NCBI RefSeq assembly: GCF_026571515.1
Contig: NW_026863843.1
Location: 372,001 to 436,000 of the forward strand
DNA: 64,000 nucleotides
Direction of reading: 5' to 3'
From: Ruditapes philippinarum
Taxonomy: Eukaryota
Positions 32,054-45,800 of the stretch are shown in pieces. The notes beneath the pieces are model-generated. The model ran no database searches, was not told the origin of the DNA, and saw only the letters and a program-made list of their open reading frames with translations. The translations under genes and the position numbers were made by a program. The stretch's first letter is position 1; every line of letters begins with the position of its first letter.

Positions 32054-34329
32054 GTGGTACCGTACAGGGTATACTTCTCGTCATTATTAACGCGCTGTTA
32101 GTACATGTATTTTACAATTTCGATGTGAAACTATAGGTGAATCAAATAACTAGACTTAAAAACTTAAGTTTCAATTAAGTCATTTAATGACATAAAATAA
32201 TCTTAAAGTATATATACCGTGTCTATTTAGTAAGAGAGTAATGTGAAAATGACGAAAACTAAGCTGTGTTCAAGTAAAAGGACCATTTTTTAATAGCAAA
32301 TCAAATTAATACACACATACGGCTGCTGTGGCATTATACTGTAATCAATATAACAATATTATATTTCTAGGAATCGAATATGTTTACTTGTAATATAATT
32401 TGTGAGAACCTGGGCATTTATATCTTTTATAATAATGACGACCTGACTACCGTTTAGAACGCGCCATTTGTGAAGGTATAATAACGCATTCAAAACGATA
32501 ATCCGCATACTTAAGACATTAACCAAACTGCTAGTGTCATATATTATATACATTGTAATTAAAGGAAGCAGATAAATAAGATTTACTTTTTATGAGGTAA
32601 AAATTTAAAATATAATATCTCAGGAACCATATATGCGCCAGTTCATTTCAGTTTGATTTATAATACAAAAAACGGTTCATACAGTGGTGCCCAAATCTAC
32701 GTACGTTACTGATGCACAATTCCTTTGTTATTTTTGATAGCCCTACATAACTGGATATACAAGGTGATAACCAGACCTACGATTCTGCGGAAGTCATCCT
32801 GAGGAAAAGCTGGGACAAAGTATGAAGTTATTGTATGCCCCAGGGAGAAAAAAAGAGAACCGAATTCGTTCGGGATCACTGACCCCTTCATCTATATTCT
32901 TCTATAAGTCTGAAATCTTTAGCACGCATTCGTCATACATCGTTGTTACATGTTATTTATGATATGACATTATAAGAGAACATTATATTTATTATTGTTT
33001 CTTGTGTATTTCGTCTCTCACATAGAACGAGTCTAAAGAGGATATTTCCACTCTTAGAAATTACGTCCATTATTAAGTACTTTAATAATACTTATAAATC
33101 TAATGTCGCTCTGAAAGGACGTTTAGTAGGCTATAATTCGAGTTTGAATCGGTTGGCATATATACCAGATTACAAAATCACATTAAAAAAACAACATGTT
33201 TTAGTAGCGAAGTATAGTTATATGTGTTAACTCATCTCTTTTCTGTTGTGGCAACTGGTAGATATTTACTCACTCAATGAATTCGTTCACGTCTAATGGT
33301 TATACTATTGATAAAAATTATTATTGATTAAGATTCAGTAATACTGAATGCTTCATATAAAGTTCAATTACGGCCCCATAACGCGTCATTCTTATGTTCA
33401 TTTATTAACTTTTTAAAAATATCCATCTGTACTAAAAGGCATTACTTGAAATAACGGCATCAATGCATCTTATTTACTACTTTCATACCGATTGCCTCCG
33501 TGCTACGTTTTTAAATGAGTTGTATTCAATCAGTTGATTTCAGATAGATAATCCGTTTCATTTCAATATGCAACACTTTCAATTTAAGATTTAGTATCAT
33601 TTTCATTTAAACTGTATCAATACTTATCTGTCTAGTTAGGATCTTGACGCCTTTTAAATATGTGAGAACCTATACATTTTTATTTTAAAATTTAATTGAA
33701 CAATATTAACTTTGTGATATCAGCGAATACATGAACGTTCATGGTTTTAGTCTTGCTTGCCTAGTTCATATCATCATTATTAACATCATCATCATTTAGC
33801 AAGTTGTACATCAGTCCATATTATTGTTAGGTCATTGTGCACTTTCATTTAATTGCAGCGCTTTAAATAAGGTTGCACAGGAAACCTTTACGCACGTAGG
33901 TTCATTGTATAGAATAACCTTATTCATTGACGAGACACGAGATACGCATTAGAGCATTTGATGCAGGGTATACCAACATGCTAAAAATATCACTTTAAAC
34001 TTTCACCCAGATTTTATATATTCCACCACCTGCTTTTTGAATATCGATTGAATGTCAACTGAAACAGATAATATACGAAGTAAATAATAAACAGAAACCC
34101 CAGTGTGACGATGACTACTATTCAAAGGGACAGACAATCACATTCATTATTGATGACCTATGAATAAGATTGATGTCATTCAATATGATAGAGTTGATGA
34201 TTGTAAATAAAATATTAACTTTAAAAAGCGAAATCATTTGGCATGGGAATCATATGAAATGAATACATTGACTGAAACTGGACTAAATATTGAACACTTA
34301 TTATAGTTATTTTAATTAAACATGCAGAT

Positions 34330-34708
34330 GGAGATAAATATATTGATGTTTATCACACACCCGTGCCGATTTTGCGACTCCGTAAATATGGTATTGCACG
34401 GCCGTGCATATATTTTGACGTGACGTCATTAGCGTTATACAAACATAGTGTAATGACGCGCTAAATGTTAGCGTTATACTATAGGCGCGTCAATGAAAAA
34501 TAACTCTTATTTCACTTTAAACGGTCTATATTTTAGTAATTGTGATAAATAGAATATTAAATTCGTGTAAGTTCATTACTGACTTTATTGTACTCGATGA
34601 ATAAAATAATATTATGCACGCCAGAGGCTCGCATAATATAATAATTTTATTCAACTCGTGCAATAATTTCAGTATTGAACTTACACTCATTCAATATCCT
34701 CTATATAT
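34330..34708. repeat. Non-autonomous element related to the 7045-7310 family
   Basis: Ends AATATCCTCTATA and has an internal hairpin TTATTC...TTATGC-ACGCCAGAGGCTC-GCATAA... Confidence 0.5.
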
Positions 34709-35849
34709 TGCGCTATTTGACGAGGCTACAATTGCAAGGTTGGCATTTGTGAAATGCAATGCTGCCGCCGCATTATGTCGCACTAAAAATAGTAGGAGTA
34801 AAATTAGTTTGTCATTTGATTTATCCTATGTGTAGATCACAATGATCAATACCATATCAGAGACATATAATGTGATGGTATGTATATACAGTATCTAGCC
34901 AAATAAAACTCAACATATAATAAACAATTCAGTATGTTACATAAAACACAATAACCCTATCTATACGATGTTAAAATATATGATTGATAAATATAAAGTT
35001 TAGAAAAAAATAACCGACTAATAATGAATATGGGTCAAGGTCATAATAATGAAGCATGCCACAAACATGAAAAAGGTCACAGCTTAATCAATAGTAAAGT
35101 TATGAAGGTAAAATTTGACCTTTGACCTAAATGGTCAAGGTCAAGGTTAAATAATGTCAAATATTTGCATGTCAAATGACAAAATTCAGATTTATTTTAT
35201 GTCTGAACTTATTTAATTTTATAGCTTACAAATCAATGAAGTTATTTTTTATCTACTGACCGCCGAGGATGGATCAGTTGACCCCCAGGGGGTCATGCTT
35301 TTTACAAACTTGGTAGAGGTTCACGATTCATGCAAAATATCAAAGTTGCAGGCCATGTGGCTCTTGAGATATTATGTTTTCACTATCAAACCTCTATATA
35401 GACTTTGGCACCTGGGCAGGTAAGATTTATGAAAAATATCTCAGTTGCTGTTCTGAAGATCTTTTAAATTTTAGGACTTAGGATAGACACAGTTAAGACT
35501 TTCTATGAAACACAGTCCTGCTTTATGCCACTTTCATCTTTTAATGGCACATCATTCCTAAGAAAAGAATAAAATTTCCATTCTGTAGAAAGAGGTTATC
35601 TGTTTTTTTTTAACACTGTTTTAATTGATTAAGAACATGTGAGATGCTTATCACTTGAAGAAAACACCGCTGAATGTGAAATAATTAGTCAGAAAGGTAC
35701 AAAATGTAAAATAAGTGATATTTGATTTCCATACAAAATCACTGTATAAATGTTTTAATTGCCAAAACGCAAAAGAAGCACAATATTGATTAGCTATGAG
35801 GCCAATAACTTTTTGAAAACTCTAAACAGGAAACCAAAAGTTACAGGAT

Positions 35850-36720
35850 TTTGAGATAAAAAAAATAGCATTTTGGAGATTACAGGGCCATATAAAAAAC
35901 ATTCAAGCAAAAAACCCTTGTAACATTTGCATGTTATTTACCTACTATCAATCCTGTAAAGTTTCATTGAAATTGCATCAGTGGTATAGAGAGGAGTAGT
36001 TCAGACAAGCTAATGACAGGGCCATAAATCCGACAAAATTCATTGAACCATAAAAAGCATGATATGCACAACTAGACTTGGAACTCATATTTACTGTCAA
36101 GTTTGGATGAAATTGCACAAGTAGTTTATGAAGGGTAATTCTGGACAACCTTTTGTGTATCTGGCAACACACAAAAAAGAAACACCTTTTTTTATTTAAG
36201 GGCCATAACTCAGCCAAAATCATTCAACCGGAAAACTCGTGCAAGGGCTTGAACTACAGATCAATCCTGTAAAGTTTCATTGAAATTGCATTTGTGGTAT
36301 AAGAGGGGTAGTCCAGACAAACTTTAAAAATAAGAATTATTAAAGGGGCATAACTCTGACAAAAATCCTTGAACCGAAAATGCTGATGATATGCACAACT
36401 AAACTTGGTACTGATCATTCCTGTAAAGTTAGGAAGAAATTGCACCAGTAGTTTATGAGGAGTAGTCCCGACAAGTTTTGTGAAGGATGGACAGAGGACG
36501 GACGGACGGACGGACAGACGGATGTTGATCTTTTTTAGCCATTTTAGTGACACAAGGCTTAAAAAAAGACACAAGTAAAAATGGAATGAATAGGGTCAAA
36601 AAGAATTTACTGTTACCCATTGTTCTCCAAGTCACACAAGTACCTCTGGGTTTGTACGGACAGACAGACGACAAAGAAGTGATCCCTATATGTCACCACT
36701 ACTCCGTACAGGCGACAAAA
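35850..36720 (-). mobile_element. Degenerate or composite Helentron-derived (HINE) remnants
   Basis: Repeated units (ATCAATCCTGTAAAGTTTCATTGAAATTGCA, GGGCCATAACTC) and GACG/GACA microsatellites near 36495 and 36655. Confidence 0.6.
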
Positions 36721-36881
36721 AAAGACAACCCCATTATCAACATTTATAGATGAGGTAAGAGTTCAGATGGCAAATAAACATTCAATATTTGATTAAGAAC
36801 ACATTAACAAAACTTTCATTTTTTCTAAAAAAAGTTTTATTTATTCAAAATTTTATTGAAAAAATTCTTATCCAGATATTT

Positions 36882-39800
36882 TCACAAGATATTTATATTT
36901 TCTATTTCTTTCACCAAATCAATGTCTGCTTTTACACTTCCTCTCCTGGCTAGTTTATCTAAAATCTGACAATTCTTCTCCCATGCTGACTTTAGTTTAC
37001 TACTTTCCACACTACTATTCTCAACACTTAATGCATATATGACCTCATTGACCTCGTCTTCTATTTGATGACAAAAAACTACACCAAAAACTTTCTCTAT
37101 TCTCTGTTTAACTTGTGTCTTTAACATATCATCTCTACATACAAGGTTCAGTATAAACACACCTTAAACAAACAAAAATTCAAAGTCAACAGTGTAATAC
37201 AAACAGTCTGATGTGATAATTTATATAATGGATAATTTCTCAATTGGCATTACATTTTTTTTTTTTTATTTCATATCAGATTCTTTCTCTGTTAAAAATA
37301 ATAAATCACATTAAGATGTAAAATTTATCTTCCGTTGTTTTGTTTTTGTTTTTTATTTTGCCTTTGGTTTTTACATCGCACCAACACAGTCTAACCAAAT
37401 ACGGTACCTTGTAGCTAATACATAACTTGCTGAATTTCCTGACCTGCTCATCTTCCAAAATTGAAACAGTCCATTATCTAATTATATATATATAAACATT
37501 ATGCTAGAACTTTTGAAGATCTATCACTAGAAGTCAGACTGTAATAATAGGCTTGATGGCTTGCAGTCTCAGCATTTCACAAAAGATTTTGGTCATTGGC
37601 ATTTATCTCTAATGTTCACTATAACTAAGTTACTGAGTAACAATTACCTGCACGATTAAAAAAATCCTTTTACTTTTTGATTTCTCCCATTAAAGTAAGA
37701 CATTGAATAAAAAATAATCCCATACATATGCCAAATATTCAGAATACAACAATAAGCAAATTTTATGAGGACAGTTAAGGGAATATTTTTTGAAATAATA
37801 AAACATTAAATAACACTAAACCCCCATTAAAAAAACTGTCTTTTATACAGTGAAGGAAGTTTTCATCTACAAAAGGTTCCGGGGGACAACTCATACCCAC
37901 TGATACATCACTACCATTTACATCCAACATTATAACATATCGTCTCCTTCCTGTAATATGTTAACAGTTCACTGTTTAAAAGTCAGTAAATTGTACAATG
38001 TCTTCCGTGCCTCAAATTTTTATATGAAACATAATAGCTGTATGTGAAGGTTAATGATAGAGATTTTTCAATAAAGAGATATCACAGTATCTTGTAATTT
38101 TTAAGTTCTCACCTGTTTCATCATATATTGAAGCTGCTTTGTAACAAAAACATGTGTCTCCTAAAACTAAGTATGGTACTGATCACTCCTGTGAATTTTA
38201 GTCAAAATCAGTTTAATCTGTGAAAGGTGGAAAGGTTTTTCTATTTTTAGCTCTGGGGGCCATTTCTTGCAGCAAAGCTGAACATGCTGGTAATACGCAC
38301 AACTAGGGATGGTAGTGCTCACTCCTTTGAAGTGTCACTGAAATCATGCCTGCAGTTTGACCTGTGAAAGCCTGACAAGCTGAATGCGGACGGACAGACA
38401 GACGGCAAAAACAATATGCCTCCCAAAATTAAAATTTTTGGGAGACATAACTATACCTATTACTGAAGGTGATTAATACCCCCACTAGCAACTTTAAATT
38501 TTTGAAAAAAAAGTGGTCTGAATAAAAATTTGAACACAACCTATAGTAAATGAACTATCAACTGTATACAAAATTATTTCAATTAATTGCAATCCTACCC
38601 AGGGTTTTCATATAAGCTTGCTATACACCAAGTTTGATTACAAAATCTCATTCCTAAGTCTAGTTATTGTCCGGAAACCATTTTTCTATTTTTAGTAACA
38701 ATGACCTTGACCCCAGAGGGTCCAAATACAATACCAACCGGGGTCTCCACATAAGGTTGCTATATACCAGATTTGATTACAATATCTCATTCCAAACTCT
38801 AGTTATCGTCTGGAAACCATGATGTGGACCAATATAATTATCCAAAACATAAAATTTCTCTATGATCAACAGTTCAAATAAAATCATAAAGAACTGTATG
38901 TTCATACATTTGTCAAGCTTACCTTTCTCTTTTTCAGTCTGTATATAAACTAGCCCATCATCAACATGGGCTTTAAGCTTATCATCTGGGACAAAACCGA
39001 ACCATTCTGTGGCTATAGTAACAATTTCTGGATCTATATCCACAACATCTATTTCTATCTAAAATGAAAACATTCTCTAATATCATACCATGCTGACAGA
39101 ATAAATTTCCTTATGAACTGGTTCATTAGTTGACAATTATTGCCATAATTTGTTCACATAACTTAATTAACTGATTATGACTTGTGAAATGTTACTTTAG
39201 AGTAATTTGAACATTTTAATCTTGCTTTTTGTTATAAATTTTACAATGGCCATTTTTCAGACTTTTTTATCAGGTGAGCAAAACTGGCCAATCTACATAC
39301 AAAATTAGAGCCTTAGTTCTATAACAATACATAAAATGCCCTATTTTAGCATTATCTGTACCAAAGAATTTTTGTCTGGTTCTCTGGTAAATTCTAACAC
39401 AATGTCATTCACCTTTCTAGTTTTCCTGGACAGGAACCTGTCTTATTTTAATTACTTCCTTTAATTTAACTAAAAGAATCATGCACTAAATGAACTAACA
39501 TATTATATACTTACCTCAGGATAATAAGTATGAATATATGTAGGAAGACCACCACCACCAAGGCCTACCAGTAACACTGACAGTCCTGATACTGTAACAA
39601 TAATCATTAATATATAATATACAATAAATGATACTGATTTATTCTCCCTCATGACTGCTAAATATGTTGTAATATTGCAATAGTAAGTACAAGTAAGTAC
39701 ATAACTAATCATACTGTTAACAGACTACAAATGTGAATGCTATTCCACTTGAAATAGTATACAATTCAGTAAATAAACTAAGAACATAGTGACAGTATAT

Positions 39801-42800
39801 AATTCATAAATCCTTAACTATTGAAATTTGCAAAACAACCTTTTTATGTGAACTCAACAGGAAATTTGATATAATAATACAAATTGCACATAATTTTCCT
39901 CATTTAACAAAATAATTCAAATTAAATAACAAAGAAGCAAAAACAAAATATAAAGTAGGTTAACATTGAAGGGGAACAATGTGCCATCTAGTCTGCCAAA
40001 AATATTCAGGGTTAACATGTATATAACTCTTATGTTTTACCTTCCATTTTTTATCAAACATTTGTGTGAACAGGTTATATTTGATATCATAAATTATTTC
40101 AGGTGACATGGTTGCAAGTGCTGGAATTTATAGGCATTTGTTTGTATTTTAAAGTTATTGCATTATATGTCAGTACTGAAACACATTTCCTTTCTGTAAA
40201 CAGGGAAAAGGTTATAAACTTTTGCAATAAAAAAAAACAACAAAAAAAACAAAACAAAACATTTCTGATGCTTCAGGAACCAAATATTAATATTACCTAG
40301 TAATGAGGGAAAATCATCACATTGGACACATGCTAGGCCTGCTACCATAGCAACATGATGTTGACAGGCAAGATAACTCTTATCAACAACATTGCTGAGT
40401 TGTTTCCCTTTATTTTTCTTCTTTTGAGATACTGTAATAAAAATATAAATGTCATGTTTTCTTTAAAAGCTAACATTTACAATAACTAGAAATGTGTCCA
40501 TAGGACACGGGTGCCCCCACCCCGCCACTGTTCTGTCTAGGTCAAATATTTTTTGAAAACTAATTATCTTTTACTAAGTAAAGGGCAAGAACTTAACAAA
40601 TACTGATTAAATTCACAAGCAAACCCCAAGTTGAAAATTGCAAATTTATACTACTGTAAGTCAAGGGCAATAACTCTAACAAAACTGAAAAAAATCCACA
40701 TGTAAAGTCCAAGGTTCATAGCTTCACAGTGATGTGAATCATTATTCCTGTAATTTAGTGATGTTGATCATTATTCCTGTAAAGTTTGTCGATTCTAACT
40801 CAAGCACTCAAGGAACAAATAACAACATAATGAAACAGTTTTTACTAAGTCAAGGGAAATAACTCTACAAATACTGGATAAATCCACAAGTGAAACCCCA
40901 GGTGCAAAACTAAATATGCTGAGCAACCTTCCCATAAGGTTTAATGACTCTATGTCAAATCCTTTTTGAGTTACATGCAACACAAGTTGAAAATTGCAAA
41001 CATTTTCTAAGTCAAGGACAATAACTCTAAAAATACTAAAAATATTCAGACCAAAATACCCAGGTGCACAACTACACATGCTGATCAACATTCCTGTAAA
41101 GTTTCATGACTCTAGGTCAAATACTTTTTGAGTTACATGCAACACAAGTTGAAAATTGCAAAATTTTACTAAGTCAAGGGCAATAACTCTAAAAATACTT
41201 AAAATATTCAGACGAAAATACCCAGGTGCACAACTACACATGCTGATTAACATTCCTGTAAAGTTTCATGACTCTAGGTCAAATACTTTTTGAGTTACAT
41301 GCGACACAAGTTGAAAATTGCAAAATTTTACTAAGTCAAGGGCAATTACTCTAAAAATACTAAAAAATATCCAGACGAAAATACCCAGGTGCACAACTAC
41401 ACATGCTGATCAACATTCCTGTAAAGTTTCATGACTCTAGGTCAAATACTTTTTGAGTTACATGTGACACAAGTTGAAAAATGCAAAATTTTACTAAGTC
41501 AAGGGCAATAACTCTAAAAATAGTAAAAATATCCGGACAAAAATACCCAGGTGCACAACTTCACATGCTTATCAACATTCCTGTAAGGTTTCATGACTCT
41601 AGGTCAAATACTTTTTGAGTTACATGCGACACAAAAGAGAAGGGACAGACGGACAAGGGTAAATCTAAATGCCCGCCACTAAAGTGGGGGCACAAAAATG
41701 TAATGTCATTGAAGGATGTAATAAAAATTCTAGAAATGAGAGGTCCCTCGAAATAATCAACACAACAAATAATTAAAAATCGCAGACATGGTTACGCCGA
41801 GTTGTCCGTGTATGATTGAGAAGAATGCAAATGCAACATTCCTCAACCAACTTAGCCTGACTCGAGCAGTATTCAGATCTCAACAAGTTTAAGTACTGGA
41901 TTTACTGATCTGGAAGATCTAGAAAAATTTTACTCTGAGATGAAGTACCAGGTAATTTGTACCGTCTGCTACACAACACTTAACACAGATAAATGCATAT
42001 AATAAATAATAATACTTGAAGTTTTAGACTTTCAAATATGATGTTCTTGTAAGAATCCATGAAAAATATATCTCTTTCATTATATCAATCAGTCACTTAT
42101 ATTTGTGCAATTCATATCAGATTCAGGGAAAAATAATCATGTATGCTGGGGAATAAATGTGCTCATCACTGAGCTTAGATATCTAATATTGTAAGTACAA
42201 TGAAGCATCTTATGACAGTTATGTTGAAGAAAAAAAAGTCGTAATTTTAGAACTTGGTTATAATCTTTCCATACATCTACCTTAAGCAATATCGACCAGA
42301 ATAATAAAACAACAAATTTAAAAACAAGAGGGCCATGATGGCCCTGAGGTCGCTCACCTGTATATAGCCTCCCCCCCACACCCATAAGAAGATGTTTCAT
42401 GCTAAACATCTAAGCTCTAGCTCATTAGCTCTAGCTCATTGGGCTTTTTAAAAGAAATTTTTTTTAAGTTTTTACTATACACATATAGTTAAAAACAATG
42501 ACATCCCTGGGGCGGGGCCAGTTTTGACCCCAGGGCTTTTATGCTTAAAATCTAAACTCTAGCTATTTGGGTTTTTTCAAAGAAGATTTTAAGTTTTTGC
42601 TATACACATATAAGGAAAATCAATGACTCCCCCGGGGGGGGGCCAATTTTGACCCCAGGGCTTTTATTTGAAACAAACTTTGTAGAACACTCACTTAGAA
42701 GATGTTCATGCTTAAAAATCCTAAACTCTAGCTATTTTTGGTTTTTTCAAAGAAAGATTTTTTTAAAGTTTTTGCTATACACAATATAAGGAAAAGCAAT

Positions 42801-45800
42801 GGACCCCCGGGGTGGGGCCAATTTTTGACCCCAGGGCTTTTTTTTTTGAACAAACTTGGTTAGACACCTATTAGAACATGTTTTGATGCTAAATAATCTT
42901 AGCTTCTAGCTCTTTTGAGTTCTTTTTAAAAGAAGATTTTTTAAGTTTTTTCTATATGCATATTTTGGGAAAATCAATGACCCCTGGGCAGGAGCCAATT
43001 TTTGAACCTCAGGGCTTTTATTTGAACAAACTTGGTAGACACCCATTAAATAAGATGTTTCATGCTAAAAATCTAAGCTCTAGCTGATTGGGCTTTTTAA
43101 AAGAAGATTTTTTTAAGTTTTTACTATACACATATAGTTAAAAACAATGACACCCCTGGGGCGGGGCCAGTTTTGACCCCAGGGCTTTTATTTGAACTAA
43201 CTTTGTAGACACTTACTAGAAGATGTTTCATGCTTAATATCTAAACTCTAGCTATTTGGGTTTTTTCAAAGAAGATTTTAAGTTTTTGCTATACACATAT
43301 AAGGAAAATCAATGACCCCTGGGGCGGGGCCAATTTTGACCCCAGGTCTTTTATTTGAACAAACTTTGTAGACACTCACTAGAAGATGTTTTATGCTTAA
43401 CATCTAAACTCTAGCTATTTGGGTTTTTTCAAAGAAGATTTTTTAAGTTTTTGCTATACACATATAAGGAAAATCAATGACCCCCGGGGCGGGGCCAATT
43501 TTGACCCCAGGGCTTTTATTTGAACAAACTTGGTAGACATCCATAAGAAGATGTTTCATGCTAAACATCTAAGCTCTAGCTCATTGGGCTTTATAAAAGA
43601 AGATTTTTTTAAGTTTTTACTATACACATATAGTTAAAAACAATGACACACCTGGGGCGGGGCCAGTTTTGACCCCAGGGCTTTCATTTGAACAAACTTT
43701 GTAGACACTTACTAGAAGATGTTTCATGCTAAATATCTAAACTCTAGCTATTTGGGTTTTTTCAAAGAAGATTTTTTAAGTTTTTGCTATACACATATAA
43801 GGAAAATCAATGACCCCCGGGGCGGGGCCAATTTTGACCCCAGGGCTTTTATTTGAACAAACTTGGTAGACACCTATTAGAACGTGATTGATGCTAAATA
43901 TCTTAGCTCTAGCTCTTTGAGTTCTTTAAAAGAAGATTTTTTTAAGTTTTTACTATATGCATATAGGGAAAATCAATGACCCCCTGGGGCGGGGCCAATT
44001 TTGACCCCAGGGCTTTTATTTGAACAAACTTGGTAGACACTCTATAGAACATGTTTGATGCTAAATATCTTAGCTCTAGCTCTTTCGGTTCTTTAAAAGA
44101 AGATTTTTTAAGTTTTTACTATATGCATAAAGGGAAAATCAATGACCCCCTGGGGCGGGGCCAATTTTGACCCCAGGGCTTTTATTTGAACAAACTTGGT
44201 AGACACTCACTAGAAGATGTTTCATGCCAAATATATAAGCTATAGCTCTTAGGGTTTTTTAAAAGAAGATTTTTAAAGTTTTTTCTTTCGGTTGCCATGG
44301 CAACCAGAGTTCTGAATGGAATTAAATTCTTTGAACAATTTTTAAAGGTGACCACCAAAGGAACATTCCTGTGAAGTTTGGATGAAATTGGCCTAGTGGT
44401 TTATGAGGAGATGTCATTTAAAGTAAAAGTTTACGGACGGACGCCGGACAAAAAGCGATCACAAAAGCTCACCCTGTCACTTTGTGACAGGTGAGCTAAA
44501 AATTGAGATAAATATGCATACATAAGTAATATTTTACAGTAACTACCTGACTTAAGTTTCGCCTCAGATTGTACAACATTTTGGTTACTAAGGAACACAA
44601 GTCTTCGATATATAACGTTACCATCACCTTGTACTTCCTCTACCACATAGTCACCACTGATTTCACTATGCCCACTCTTACACACCTTTCTCCAACCTAT
44701 ACTGTTACCCACAGAGAGAAACGGCACCTAACAGGTAATAAGAAATCCTTGTTAAACATAAACATGTTGTAATACTAATATGACTCTGATTCAGAATAAT
44801 GAAATACATTCCTATATAAAAACATTGCAGTAGAAAAGAAAATGTGCAGACACTGTGAAATTTAAAATCCTTGACATTTGATAAGTTAATAATAACAGGT
44901 ACAAATAAAACATAAACAACATGTCTGAAAAGGGTAAAGTAACAGAATTTCTACAAGAAAAATACCTTTATAACTCATTCAAATTCAAAGTAGTTTTAAA
45001 TTACCTAAATTCAAATTTACAATGAGAAAGAATTTTTCACTGCATTAACAGATAGTACCTTTGTGCCATGTTTAAAGGAAGGAGGCGCTAGTTCCATCAC
45101 CTTGGTAGACAGTTCAGCCTGTATAGCATCAATATCAGTGTATGTATGATTACGATGTAAGGTCACTACAACAAGTCGCTCAAACCCAGCACTCTCTGAT
45201 AGCTGAATCCTACCAGCATTTGTAGCAAACATCCATTCTGTTTCTCTAAAGTAGAAAATACAAGAAATAAACTTTAGATCTGCTTTTTTGTCTATGCAAA
45301 CAAAAAACTACAAAAATCAAGCTTTACCTAGTATTCTTTACTTGGCACTAAGTTTAATAATAAATGTACTTTATATACATTGTACCTTCAAGGCCCACTA
45401 TGTCCCAGAAGTTTTTCATTTTTGGTGTTAAAGTTTTCAAAAAGTTACTCATTGGCCAATTACCTGAACAATTTTTTTGCACCTGTTGCATTTTGATAAT
45501 TAGCACAGTTACAGTGATTTAGTATTTTGTATGATAGTCAAAATACTTCTTTGCTTACATTTTGCTACTTTCATGATATATAATTTCACATTTAGTGCGT
45601 TAAATATCTAACATGCTTTAAAACCATTATTTAAGCACTTTAATAAAAATTGTGTTTGCCCTTTCTAAATAAAGAAAAAAATTCATTTCTGAGGTATAAT
45701 AAGCTTTTCAACTTTCTAATTTTAAATGATTATTCAGAGATAATTATATCAGGTTTTATCAATGAAAACAAGACAAGATATACACACATCAACATAAAGA

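Noticed and set aside
42590-43030. Apparently divergent repeat variants in the HINE array
   Set aside because: Differences are mostly homopolymer-length changes typical of unpolished long-read error.
40800-44220. Regular repeats resembling a CRISPR array
   Set aside because: Eukaryotic context, whole units repeat with no unique spacers, and there are no cas genes.
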